From assembly GCA_034521595.1 (NCBI GenBank), contig JAXHMG010000003.1, positions 256,001-320,000 on the forward strand: a stretch of 64,000 nucleotides of DNA, given 5' to 3'. The notes under the pieces are model-generated. The model searched no databases. It worked only from the letters and a program-made list of their open reading frames with translations, and had not been told where the DNA came from. A program made the translations under genes and the position numbers. Shown here in pieces: positions 20,614 to 30,185 of this stretch; the stretch's first letter is position 1; each line of letters starts with the position of its first letter. Origin of the DNA: Gemmatimonadota bacterium (lineage in GTDB: Bacteria; Gemmatimonadota; Gemmatimonadetes; Longimicrobiales; Gaopeijiaceae).

Positions 20614-23103
20614 TTGAAGACGCTCATCACCGTTATCGCGACCTCGGGCACGCTTCTTACGTATACGGCCCTGGCGTCCGGACCGGTCGAATCGGTCGAT
20701 CGGTCCGATGGCGATGTGGTGGGCGGAATCGAAGTGGCGGAGACGTCCGGCCACGGGGCGTTGGATGACCCGGCTGCCGAGAACGAGCTCATCGACCGCT
20801 ACTGCGTGCGGTGTCACAGCGAGCGGCGCATGCAAGGGAACATGTCCCTCGAGTCGTTCGATGCGGGCACCCCGTTCGAGGATCCGGTCCTCTCCGAGAA
20901 GATGGTCGTGAAGCTCCGGGCCGAGATGATGCCGCCCCCGGGCGCGAACCGACCCGCCGGAGATTCGCTGACCGCGCTCGTGGAATCTCTGGAGCAGCGG
21001 CTCGATTCGGCGGCGTTCGCCGATCCCAATCCGGGGGGGCGGACCTTCCAACGCTTGAACCGCGCGGAGTACGAGCGTTCCGTGCGTGACCTGCTCGGTC
21101 TCGAGATCGACGCCGGTGAATACCTGCCGCTGGACACGAAGAGCAACAACTTCGACAACATCGCCGACGTGCAGATGGTCTCGCCGACCCTGCTCGACTC
21201 GTATCTGACCGCGGCCGCGGAAGTAAGCAGACTCGCTGTGGGGAATCCCAACGCCAGCCCCTCCGAGCACCAGTACCGCATTCCACGCTGGGTGTCCCAG
21301 ACCGAGCGGGTCGAGGGAGCGCCGTTCGGCACGAGGGGCGGAATCTCGGTCAACCATGTGTTCCCGGCGGACGGGGAGTACGTGTTCCGTTTCTCCTTGC
21401 ACCACGAGACCACGGGCACCGCAGTGGGCAACGGGCGGTCATCGCTCGCCACGCCGGACGATCCCGAGCAGGTCGAAATCTCTATCGACGGTGAGCGGGT
21501 CGCCCTGTTGGACATGGATCGCTGGATGCACGTGTCGAACCCTGAAGGCGTCGAGATGGAGACGGAGTCGATCTCCGTCACCGCCGGCCCGAAGCAGGTG
21601 AGCGCGGCGTTCGTGAAGCGTCAGGAAGGACCGGTACAGGATCTGGTGCGGCCGCACGACTGGTCGCTCGCCAGCACGGCGATCGCGGGCGAGTACGGGG
21701 TGCTGTCATTGCCGCATATGCGTGACTTCGTGATCGCGGGGCCCTGGAACGTGACGGGCGTCTCCGATCACCCGGTGCGGGAGCAGATCTTTTCCTGCTA
21801 TCCCGAGCGTCCGGAAGAAGAGCGGCCATGCGCGAAAGAGATCATCGAGCGTCTCGGATCCCGGGCGTTCCGGCGCCCACTGACCGACGATGACCGGACG
21901 GCGCTCCTCCGCTTCTTCGAGATGGGCGTGGAGGAAGGTGGCTTCGACATCGGAATCCGGACGGCGCTCGAGGCCATTTTGGCCAGCCCGCACTTCGTGT
22001 TCCGGTTCGAAGAGGCTCCCGGTTCGGTCGAGACGGGAGATTCGTACCGCATCAACGACGTGGATCTGGCCGCGCGCCTCTCGTACTTCCTCTGGGGGCT
22101 GCCACCGGACCAGGAGCTCATGTCGCTGGCGACCGCCGAGCGGCTATCCGATCCGGAGACGCTCGAGGCACAGGTGCGTCGCATGCTGCAGGATCCAAGA
22201 GCCGAGGCGTTGAGCACGCGGTTCGCGTCGCAGTGGCTCCGGTTGCAGGACCTGGAGAAGGTACATCCGGACGTGCGCATGGCTCCGGATTACCATCAGC
22301 AGTTGGCGGACGCCATGCTCGAGGAGACGCAGCGCTTCTTCACGCACCTCGTGCGGGAAGACCGGAGCATGTTCGAGCTGTACACGGCGGACTACACCTT
22401 CGTGAACGAGCGCCTGGCGCGACACTACGACATACCGGGCGTGACTGGTGACGATTTCCGGAAGGTGCAGTACCCCTACGACTACCGCCGGGGCATCCTC
22501 GGGCACGGGAGCATCCTGACGCTGACGTCCCACGCGGGGCGCACCTCACCCGTTCTTCGCGGCAAGTGGATCATGGAAGTCGTCATGGGCACACCTCCAC
22601 CACCGCCTCCCCCGGGAGTGCCTCCCTTGGACGAGACATCGGACGAGGCGTCCGAGGGCCGGATGCTCACGACCAAGGAGCGCATGGAGATGCACCGGGC
22701 CAACCCGACGTGCAACGCGTGTCACCGGTTCATCGATCCGCTCGGCCTGGCGCTCGATAGCTACGATATGACCGGAAAGTGGCGGATCAAGGAGAACGGA
22801 GTGCGGCTCGAAACGAGCGGTGAGCTCTACGACGGGACACCGATCACGGGGCCCCGTGAGCTGCAAGAGGCGTTGCTCGACCGGCCTGTTCTGCTGCTCC
22901 GCTCGTTCACGTCGAACCTGATGGCGTACGCGCTGGGTCGGCGGGTGGAGCACTTCGACCAGCCGACGATCCGCAAGATCGTACGCGAGGCGGCTGAAGA
23001 GGATTACAGCATCTCGGCGTTCGTGCTCGGGGTGGTGAAGAGCGACGCCTTCCAGATGCAGCGCGCGGGCGCGGTAGCCACCGACGCGGCCAATCAGGAC
23101 TGA
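20614..23103 (+). CDS. DUF1592-type dihaem c cytochrome, copy 2
   Basis: TTG start with AAGGAG upstream; CVRCH and CNACH; paralog of 14916..17366. Confidence 0.92.
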   Translation: MKTLITVIATSGTLLTYTALASGPVESVDRSDGDVVGGIEVAETSGHGALDDPAAENELIDRYCVRCHSERRMQGNMSLESFDAGTPFEDPVLSEKMVVKLRAEMMPPPGANRPAGDSLTALVESLEQRLDSAAFADPNPGGRTFQRLNRAEYERSVRDLLGLEIDAGEYLPLDTKSNNFDNIADVQMVSPTLLDSYLTAAAEVSRLAVGNPNASPSEHQYRIPRWVSQTERVEGAPFGTRGGISVNHVFPADGEYVFRFSLHHETTGTAVGNGRSSLATPDDPEQVEISIDGERVALLDMDRWMHVSNPEGVEMETESISVTAGPKQVSAAFVKRQEGPVQDLVRPHDWSLASTAIAGEYGVLSLPHMRDFVIAGPWNVTGVSDHPVREQIFSCYPERPEEERPCAKEIIERLGSRAFRRPLTDDDRTALLRFFEMGVEEGGFDIGIRTALEAILASPHFVFRFEEAPGSVETGDSYRINDVDLAARLSYFLWGLPPDQELMSLATAERLSDPETLEAQVRRMLQDPRAEALSTRFASQWLRLQDLEKVHPDVRMAPDYHQQLADAMLEETQRFFTHLVREDRSMFELYTADYTFVNERLARHYDIPGVTGDDFRKVQYPYDYRRGILGHGSILTLTSHAGRTSPVLRGKWIMEVVMGTPPPPPPPGVPPLDETSDEASEGRMLTTKERMEMHRANPTCNACHRFIDPLGLALDSYDMTGKWRIKENGVRLETSGELYDGTPITGPRELQEALLDRPVLLLRSFTSNLMAYALGRRVEHFDQPTIRKIVREAAEEDYSISAFVLGVVKSDAFQMQRAGAVATDAANQD

Positions 23104-23147
23104 ACAGGAACGACACCAAGTAGACGACTACGGGAGACGGACGAACC

Positions 23148-24563
23148 ATGGATTTCATTACCGGCAAGAAGATCGAACGGCGCACTTTCTTGAAAGGCGC
23201 CGGCGCGACGGTGTCGCTTCCTTTCCTCGATGCCATGGTTCCGGCCGGGCGCCGTAGTGCCGAGGCGATGGCCGAGTTGGATCGGACTCGCCTCGTGGCG
23301 ATCGAGCTCGTGCACGGGTGCGCGGGAAGCAACGAATGGGGCGCTTCCCAGAACCTCTGGGCTCCGGCGAGCGTGGGGCGGGACTTTGACCTGTCCCCGA
23401 GCTCGTTGAGCCCGCTCGATCCATGGCGCGACTACCTGACGATCATCAGCAACACCGATGTGCGCATGGCGGAAGCCTTCGAGCCCAACGAGATCGGCGG
23501 CGACCACTTCCGCTCGAGTGCGGTCTTCCTGACGCAGTCCCATCCGAAGCAGACGGAGAGCTCGGACGTCTTCGTAGGCACGTCCATGGATCAGCTCTAC
23601 GCCCAACGATTCGGTCAGGACACGCCGATCCCGTCGATGCAGCTCTGTATCGAGAACGTGGACCAGTCGGGCGGGTGCGCGTACGGATATTCATGCGTGT
23701 ACACGGATTCGTTGAGCTGGGCGTCGCCGACGGAGCCGCTCCCGATGGTGCGGGACCCGCGGGTCGCGTTCGACATGCTGTTCGGAGCGGGGGGCACGCC
23801 CGAGGAACGCGCGCTTCGTCGGCGGACCAGCAGCAGCATCTTGGACTGGATCAACGACGACATGCGGAGCCTGCGCCGCGAGCTCGGTTCCAACGATCAC
23901 GAGCGCCTGGATCGTTACCTCGACAATGTGCGCGAGATCGAGCGTCGTATTCAGGGGATCGAGGCCCAGAACAGCAGCGGAGAGATGCGAGAGCTTCCGG
24001 AAGCCCCTGCCGGGGTGCCGGATTCGTTCTCGGAGCACATGCGCCTCATGTTCGACCTCCAAGCACTGGCGTTCGCGTCGGACATGACGCGTGCATTCGC
24101 GTTCAAGACGGGTCGCGACGCTTCAGCGCGTGTCTATCCGGAAAGCGGCACGGACACGCCGTTCCATCCGGCTTCGCACCACGGCGGAAATGAAGAGCAG
24201 GTGTTGGACTTCGCCAAGATCAACACGTACCACGTCAGCATGCTGCCCTACTTCCTCGAGAAGCTCAGCGAGATCCAGGAAGGCGACAGCAACATGCTCG
24301 ACAAGACGATGATCGTGTTCGGATCGCCCATGGCGGACGGAAACCTGCATAACCACCGGCGCTGCCCGTTGGTCGTGCTCGGGAAGGGCAACGGGCAGCT
24401 GGACGGAAACCTGCATCTGCGCGCGCCGGATGGTACGCCCATGGCCAACGGCATGCTGAGCCTGATGCACAAGCTGGGCATGGACGACATGCACAGCTTC
24501 GGGGACAGCACGGGCGAGATGTCGCTCACCATGCCGAAATCCGCATTTTCAACGACGGGGTGA
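23148..24563 (+). CDS. DUF1552 (HxxSHH) Tat protein, copy 2
   Basis: ERRTFLKG; HPASHH; paralog of 17387..18784. Confidence 0.92.
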   Translation: MDFITGKKIERRTFLKGAGATVSLPFLDAMVPAGRRSAEAMAELDRTRLVAIELVHGCAGSNEWGASQNLWAPASVGRDFDLSPSSLSPLDPWRDYLTIISNTDVRMAEAFEPNEIGGDHFRSSAVFLTQSHPKQTESSDVFVGTSMDQLYAQRFGQDTPIPSMQLCIENVDQSGGCAYGYSCVYTDSLSWASPTEPLPMVRDPRVAFDMLFGAGGTPEERALRRRTSSSILDWINDDMRSLRRELGSNDHERLDRYLDNVREIERRIQGIEAQNSSGEMRELPEAPAGVPDSFSEHMRLMFDLQALAFASDMTRAFAFKTGRDASARVYPESGTDTPFHPASHHGGNEEQVLDFAKINTYHVSMLPYFLEKLSEIQEGDSNMLDKTMIVFGSPMADGNLHNHRRCPLVVLGKGNGQLDGNLHLRAPDGTPMANGMLSLMHKLGMDDMHSFGDSTGEMSLTMPKSAFSTTG

Positions 24564-26326
24564 GGACGATGATCGGACGCATGCGTAGTGCCTCGCGACG
24601 GATGTGGCTCGTCGCGCTGGCTATGTTCGCGCTATCGGGGCACGGACCGCCCGAAGCACCCGTGGCCGACGCGGCCATGCGGGACGATGTCGAGGAGGTC
24701 CGTTCCCTGCTGGAGCGCGGGGTGGACCCGAACGCTGCCCAAGGCGACGGGATGACCGGGCTTCACTGGGCGGCCGAGCGGGGGAGCGTCGAGCTCGCTA
24801 GCGCTCTCATCGATGCGGGCGCCGAACTCGACCCCCGCACCCGTCTCGGGTCGTACACGCCGGTTCATCTGGCTGCGAGGGGTGGGCACGACGGAGTGTT
24901 GCGCCTGCTTCTGGAGGGGGGAGCGTCCCCGTCCATGCCAACCACGACCGGCGCCGTGACGCCGCTTCATTTTGCTGCGACATCGGCGAATCCCGCCGTG
25001 GCCGTGGCCCTTCTCGAGCATGGCGCCGACCCGGATGCCCGGGAAGAACGTTGGGGCCAGACCCCGTTGATGTTCGCGGCCGCGGCCGCTCGTCCGGCCG
25101 TGGTCGATGCACTACTCGACCACGGTGCGGATCCCGAGTCGCGGGCGTACGTCCTGGACCTGCCGACCCGCGCGGCCGAGGATGCTGCCGACCGGGATCG
25201 GGTGGAGGAGGCACGAGAGAGCGGGAAGCCGCGCGCCTCCGTCCGACGTCCGTCCTTTACGTCGCCTCGACCCGCGGAGCGCCCTGTAGATAAGGGGGGC
25301 TTGGCCGATCGCGAGGGCGAATCAGAGGTCCGGTCGTATTCTTCCGCGGAGCTGATCGGAGGCTATGGAGGCCTGTCCGCCTTACTCATGGCGGTGCGAG
25401 AGGGTAGCACCGAGACGGCCCTGCGTCTCGTAGACGGCGGTGCGGATATCGACGGACGGAGTGCCGGAGACGGGACGTCCCCGCTGCTCATGGCGACGAT
25501 CAACGGACACTTCGACCTGGCGCTCCAGCTCCTCGAGGGGGGGGCGGACCCTCGTCTTCAGAACGATGCCGGTGCGACCGCCCTCTACACCGCGATCAAT
25601 ACCCAGTGGATTCCGAAGTCACGGCACCCTCAGCCGGCACACTATAAGCAGCAGAAGGCGAGCTATCTCCAGGTAATGGAGGCGCTGCTGGAGGCCGGAG
25701 TGGATCCCAACGTTCGGTTGAACCGGGAGCTCTGGTTCACGAGGGGAGGATACCTCGGCGTGGACCGCATGGGCGCGACGCCGTTCTGGAGGGCCGCGTA
25801 CGCACTCGATGTCGATGCGATGAAGCTCCTTGTCGAACACGGTGCGGACCCCACCATTCCGACGATGAAGGCTCCGTCGCGACGGCGCCGGGGCGGAAGC
25901 GACAACACGGACGGCTCGGATCCCTCGGGACTTCCAGCGGTGCCGCCGGGTGGGCCGGGAGTCTATCCCATTCACGCGGCGAGCGGGGTGGGGTACGGTG
26001 AAGGGTATGCCGGCAACGTCCATCGGCATGTGCCGGATGGATGGATGCCGGCGGTGAAGTACCTCGTGGAGGAGCTCGGTGCCGACGTGAACGTTCGTGA
26101 CCACAACGGATACAACGCGCTTCATCACGCGGCCGCACGTGGGGACAACGACATGATTCTGTACCTGGTGGAGCAGGGAGCCGACGTGATGGCGGTGAGC
26201 CGCCGGGGTCAGACGACGGTCGATATGGCGAACGGGCCCGTGCAGCGGATTACGCCGTTCCCCGAGACCATACGGTTGTTGGAGGGATTGGGCGCCAAGA
26301 ACAACCACAACTGCGTGTCGTGCTGA
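24560..26326 (+). CDS. Exported ankyrin-repeat protein with C-terminal CxxC, copy 2
   Basis: Ankyrin repeats; ends NNHNCVSC. Start uncertain (GTGA overlap or a later ATG). Confidence 0.9.
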   Translation: MRTMIGRMRSASRRMWLVALAMFALSGHGPPEAPVADAAMRDDVEEVRSLLERGVDPNAAQGDGMTGLHWAAERGSVELASALIDAGAELDPRTRLGSYTPVHLAARGGHDGVLRLLLEGGASPSMPTTTGAVTPLHFAATSANPAVAVALLEHGADPDAREERWGQTPLMFAAAAARPAVVDALLDHGADPESRAYVLDLPTRAAEDAADRDRVEEARESGKPRASVRRPSFTSPRPAERPVDKGGLADREGESEVRSYSSAELIGGYGGLSALLMAVREGSTETALRLVDGGADIDGRSAGDGTSPLLMATINGHFDLALQLLEGGADPRLQNDAGATALYTAINTQWIPKSRHPQPAHYKQQKASYLQVMEALLEAGVDPNVRLNRELWFTRGGYLGVDRMGATPFWRAAYALDVDAMKLLVEHGADPTIPTMKAPSRRRRGGSDNTDGSDPSGLPAVPPGGPGVYPIHAASGVGYGEGYAGNVHRHVPDGWMPAVKYLVEELGADVNVRDHNGYNALHHAAARGDNDMILYLVEQGADVMAVSRRGQTTVDMANGPVQRITPFPETIRLLEGLGAKNNHNCVSC

Positions 26327-26360
26327 CGGCGAAGCTTCAGCTTCGCTTCGAGTGACGTAA

Positions 26361-26410
26361 GAAAAAGAAGGCCCCGGAAGCGATTGCGGATCGCTTCCGG
26401 GGCCTTCTCT
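26361..26410. terminator. Probably bidirectional intrinsic terminator
   Basis: 19-bp perfect stem (26366-26384 / 26390-26408) with an A-tract on the left, between convergent genes. Confidence 0.85.
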
Positions 26411-26503
26411 CGTCCTTCATCGTCGTCCCTGACCCGACTGGCTATTGTCTACTCACGATCGGCCTTCCGTGGTCTTCGGAGGTATCCGCCGGCGTGAAAC
26501 CGC

Positions 26504-26920
26504 TTATCGCTGGTGGTCGTCGCTGTCGTCGGTCCCGTCGAGAGATGCGACAATCTCTTCGAAGCGCGAGCGAGCTTCGTTATCGACGCTCAGGAGGAAC
26601 GTGATGCCGTCGTACTCTTCCTTCGTCATCTCGTGCTCCTCGTACAGCGCGGCCAGCCGCTCGTCCATCTCTTCACGCAGACGCTCTCGAGCGTCCGTCT
26701 CGTGGACGCTCGCCTTCTCGGCCTGGAACTCCTCCTGAGCCTCCTGGATGGCGCGGTGGAGCGTCGCGTACGTCGTGAGGCGCTCTTCGCTCACCGATGG
26801 GGCATCAGCAGTCTGTTGCGCCGCCTGGGCCTCGGCACGATCTGGTAGGCCACCGACGGCGACGGCCGCCGCGAAAAGGGCGAAGCCGAGAAGCCGAGCG
26901 CGGGTGTTGCGGGTATCCAT
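26504..26920 (-). CDS. DUF4168-type secreted helical protein
   Basis: Signal peptide ending AEA-Q; VSEERLTTYA...EEHEMTKEEYDGI...RSRF. Confidence 0.75.
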   Translation of the reverse strand: MDTRNTRARLLGFALFAAAVAVGGLPDRAEAQAAQQTADAPSVSEERLTTYATLHRAIQEAQEEFQAEKASVHETDARERLREEMDERLAALYEEHEMTKEEYDGITFLLSVDNEARSRFEEIVASLDGTDDSDDHQR

Positions 26921-27085
26921 CTTGGTCGTTCCTCCGGCGATGACAGGTCGGGTCTTCTATCGTGATCGTGCCCTCATACCCGGCAGAGGGTCCGAGTGTT
27001 GCGTGCCTGGGGCACAGTCCCATCATATCCGGGTATACTATTGTGACGAAACGGCACGAGCACCTTTTGACACGAGGGTAGCATC

Positions 27086-27349
27086 ATACCTATCTACGAA
27101 TACTCCTGCCAGTCTTGTGGCGCACGTTTCGAGAATCTCGTGCTCGGGTCGAAAGAGACGCCTGCCGTTGTTTGCCCGAAGTGCGAGAGCGAGGACGTGG
27201 AGCGACTGCTGTCCACGCCGGCCGTGCAGTCGGATACGACGCACGCCAAGGCGATGCAAGCGGCGAAGAAGCGGGACCAGGAGCAAGGGAAGGAGCGCAT
27301 GCACGCGCAGCTCCAGTACGAGCAGAGTCACGACCGGCACGGTCACTGA
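27086..27349 (+). CDS. FmdB-family zinc-ribbon protein (ATA at the expected start)
   Basis: xPIYEYSCQSCGARFE...CPKCES..VERLLS; GAGGG 7 nt upstream; in-frame TGA at 27068. Confidence 0.85.
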   Translation: MPIYEYSCQSCGARFENLVLGSKETPAVVCPKCESEDVERLLSTPAVQSDTTHAKAMQAAKKRDQEQGKERMHAQLQYEQSHDRHGH

Positions 27350-27367
27350 CGGCGGTCCGTCCGCCAA

Positions 27368-27394
27368 TGCTGCGGAACGCCGGGTTCCGCAGCA
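27368..27394 (+). terminator. Stem-loop after the FmdB-like gene
   Basis: tgctgcggaac / gttccgcagca 11-bp stem with no U-tract. Confidence 0.4.
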
Positions 27395-27420
27395 CGACGT
27401 CAACGCTTCGTCCCCGGGCG

Positions 27421-27503
27421 GTGTCTTTATGGGTAGAGAGCCGATGCCAGCGGTCAGAACGCGCTTCGCGCTTCTGGCATGAGAGTGATCGGCCGAATAT
27501 ACT
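27421..27503 (+). promoter_or_regulatory. Putative sigma70-type promoter plus upstream motif for module copy 3
   Basis: GTGTCTTTATggGTA at 27421; TGGCAT-N17-TATACT (27475-27503). Confidence 0.55.
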
Positions 27504-27649
27504 CGAAGTGACACGAAAAGAACCGCATTCGGTGATGCCCGCCGGTGAGCGAGCTTCACCATCGACTTGAACGAAACACCCGCTCCTGCGGAAAGACGCG
27601 TTCCGCGCTTTCGGGGATCGGGGCCAGCAGGCCAGAATTGGGAGGCCGG

Positions 27650-30130
27650 ATGAAGACAGTCTCCGCGACAATCGCGGCGGTAGGTGCGCTGATGATGTAC
27701 GCCGGTGGCGTGACGATGACGCTTCCGGAGGGATCCAGCGACATCGCGGCGTCGGACGCCACCACGGAACACGCATCCGTGGGCGAGTTGGCGAGCGAGC
27801 TCTCGAACAACGAGATCGTGGACCGATACTGCGTCCGGTGTCACAGTGAGCGCCGTCTGCAGGGCAACCTGTCCCTGGAAGACTACGATGCCACGGCGCC
27901 GGAATCGGATGCGCAGCTCAGCGAGAAGGTGATTCTGAAGCTGCGTGCCGGCATGATGCCACCGCCCGGCGCCAACCGGCCGGGGGGAGACACGCTTCAG
28001 GCGCTCGCGGTCTCGCTGGAGAACCGAGTCGACGAGGTCGCGCTCGACAATCCCAACCCGGGCTCCCGTCCCTTCCAGCGGCTGAATCGGGCCGAGTACG
28101 GGCGTTCCGTTCGGAATCTGCTGAACCTGGAGATCGACGCCGGAGATTACCTCCCGCTCGATACGAAGAGCGCGAACTTCGACAACATCGCCGACGTGCA
28201 GATGCTGTCGCCGACGCTCCTCAACTCCTACATGAACGCGGCGGCCGAAGTCAGCCGCTTGGCCATGGGCGACCGCAATGCCTCCGCGCGTTCGGTGACG
28301 TTCACCAATCCCGGGTACATCTCCCAGTGGGATCGTGTCCCCGGCGCGCCGTACGGGACGCGCGGCGGAGTGAGCGTCGTGCATAACTTCCCGGCGGACG
28401 GTGAATACCGCCTGAGCATGACCTTCGAGCACACCACGACGGGTGGTGTCTACGGTGGTACATATAAGGACGAAGACGTCGAGATCTCGGTCGACGGCGA
28501 ACGGAAGGCCGTGATCGCTTTCGATCGCTGGATGTCGGTGGCCGACCCGAACGGCGTCGAGATGGAGCTTGAGGAGCCCATCACCGTGACGGCCGGTCCC
28601 CATCGGATCACGGCGGCGTTCATCAAGAAGAACGAAGGCCCGATGGAGGACGTGCTGTCGCCGCACGACTGGTCGATCGCGGACCGCCAGATCGGCGCTA
28701 GCGGAGGTTACGGCGTAACGACGCCGGCGCACATGAAGGACCTCATTATTCACGGTCCTGTCGAGGTAACGGGTGTGTCCGAGACCCCGAGCCGTGAGCA
28801 CGTCCTTTCCTGCCGGCCCACCGAGCCGTCGGAGGAGCGGCCCTGCGCCGAGAAGATTATCGAGCGACTCGGGCCTGAAGCGTTCCGTCGCCCGCTGACC
28901 GACGAGGATCGCGAATCCCTCATGAGCTTCTACGAGTTCGGCTATGAAGAAGGCGGATTCGAAATCGGGATTCGCACGGTGGTGGAAGCGCTGCTCGCCA
29001 GCCCGGACTTCATCTTCCGATTCGAAGAGGCGCCGGCCGATGTCCAGGGAGGTGATGTATACCGTATCAACGACATCGACCTGGCGGCCCGGCTCTCGTA
29101 CTTCCTCTGGGGTCTTCCCCCGGATGACGAGTTGATCCAGCTCGCCGCCGAGAACCGTCTGTCGGATCCGGAAGTATTGGATGCCCAGGTGGACCGGATG
29201 TTGGACGATCCGCGCTCCGAGGCTCTGGCGACGCGGTTCGCGGCCCAGTGGCTGAGGCTCGGCGACCTGGACAAAGTTCATCCGGACCGGCTGATGTTTC
29301 CGGACTTCCACGAGCAGCTGAAGGATGCGATGCGTCGCGAGACCGAGCTGCTGTTCGACCACCTGGTTCGTGAAGACAAGAGCTTCTTCGAGCTCTACAC
29401 GGCGGACTACACGTTCGTGAACGAGCGGCTCGCCCGGCACTACGGGATCGACGGTGTCACGGGCGACGAGTTCCGTCGCGTATCGTATCCCGAAGGCTCG
29501 AAGCGTCCGGGTATTCTCGGGCACGGAAGCATCCTGACGCTCACCTCCCACGCGGGTCGTACGTCACCCGTGCTGCGAGGAAAGTGGATCATGGAGGTCG
29601 TGATGGGCACGCCCCCGCCGCCACCACCGCCCGGTGTGCCGTCGCTCGACGAAACAGCGGACGAGGCTTCCGAGGGCCGTAACCTGACCACGAAGGAGCG
29701 CATGGAGATGCACCGCGCGAACCCGACGTGTAACGCGTGTCATCGGTTCATCGACCCGATCGGCTTGGCACTGGATAACTTCGACGTCACGGGACAGTGG
29801 CGGATCAAGGAAGGTGGTGTCCCGCTGGATACCAGAGGGGAGCTCTACGACGGCACGCCCGTCACGAGCCCATTGTCCCTCCAGGACGCGCTACTCGACC
29901 GGTCCGTGCTGCTCCTTCGGTCGTTCACGTCGAACCTCATGGCCTACGCCCTCGGGCGCCGGACGGAGTACTTCGATCAGCCGACGATCCGAAAGATCGT
30001 GGACAACGCGGAAGAGGACGGATATAGCATGACCTCGTTCGTGAAGGGCATCGTGAAGAGCGACGCCTTCCAGATGCAGAAGGCCGGGGCGCCCACGGAG
30101 GACGTGGCCGCCGACGCAGCAAATCAGTAA
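27650..30130 (+). CDS. DUF1592-type dihaem c cytochrome, copy 3
   Basis: GGAGG then ATG at 27650 (MKTVSATIAA); CVRCH and CNACH. Confidence 0.92.
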   Translation: MKTVSATIAAVGALMMYAGGVTMTLPEGSSDIAASDATTEHASVGELASELSNNEIVDRYCVRCHSERRLQGNLSLEDYDATAPESDAQLSEKVILKLRAGMMPPPGANRPGGDTLQALAVSLENRVDEVALDNPNPGSRPFQRLNRAEYGRSVRNLLNLEIDAGDYLPLDTKSANFDNIADVQMLSPTLLNSYMNAAAEVSRLAMGDRNASARSVTFTNPGYISQWDRVPGAPYGTRGGVSVVHNFPADGEYRLSMTFEHTTTGGVYGGTYKDEDVEISVDGERKAVIAFDRWMSVADPNGVEMELEEPITVTAGPHRITAAFIKKNEGPMEDVLSPHDWSIADRQIGASGGYGVTTPAHMKDLIIHGPVEVTGVSETPSREHVLSCRPTEPSEERPCAEKIIERLGPEAFRRPLTDEDRESLMSFYEFGYEEGGFEIGIRTVVEALLASPDFIFRFEEAPADVQGGDVYRINDIDLAARLSYFLWGLPPDDELIQLAAENRLSDPEVLDAQVDRMLDDPRSEALATRFAAQWLRLGDLDKVHPDRLMFPDFHEQLKDAMRRETELLFDHLVREDKSFFELYTADYTFVNERLARHYGIDGVTGDEFRRVSYPEGSKRPGILGHGSILTLTSHAGRTSPVLRGKWIMEVVMGTPPPPPPPGVPSLDETADEASEGRNLTTKERMEMHRANPTCNACHRFIDPIGLALDNFDVTGQWRIKEGGVPLDTRGELYDGTPVTSPLSLQDALLDRSVLLLRSFTSNLMAYALGRRTEYFDQPTIRKIVDNAEEDGYSMTSFVKGIVKSDAFQMQKAGAPTEDVAADAANQ

Positions 30131-30185
30131 CTCAGCAACAGCGATCGAGAACGGTTCCCAATAGACCGCATAGGAGAACAACACC

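Noticed and set aside
27038-29551. Long antisense or alternative-frame ORFs (also 11798..13723, 42868..44925, 49084..51600 and many others)
   Set aside because: These are shadow ORFs of well-supported genes, expected from GC-rich codon bias, with no recognisable motifs.
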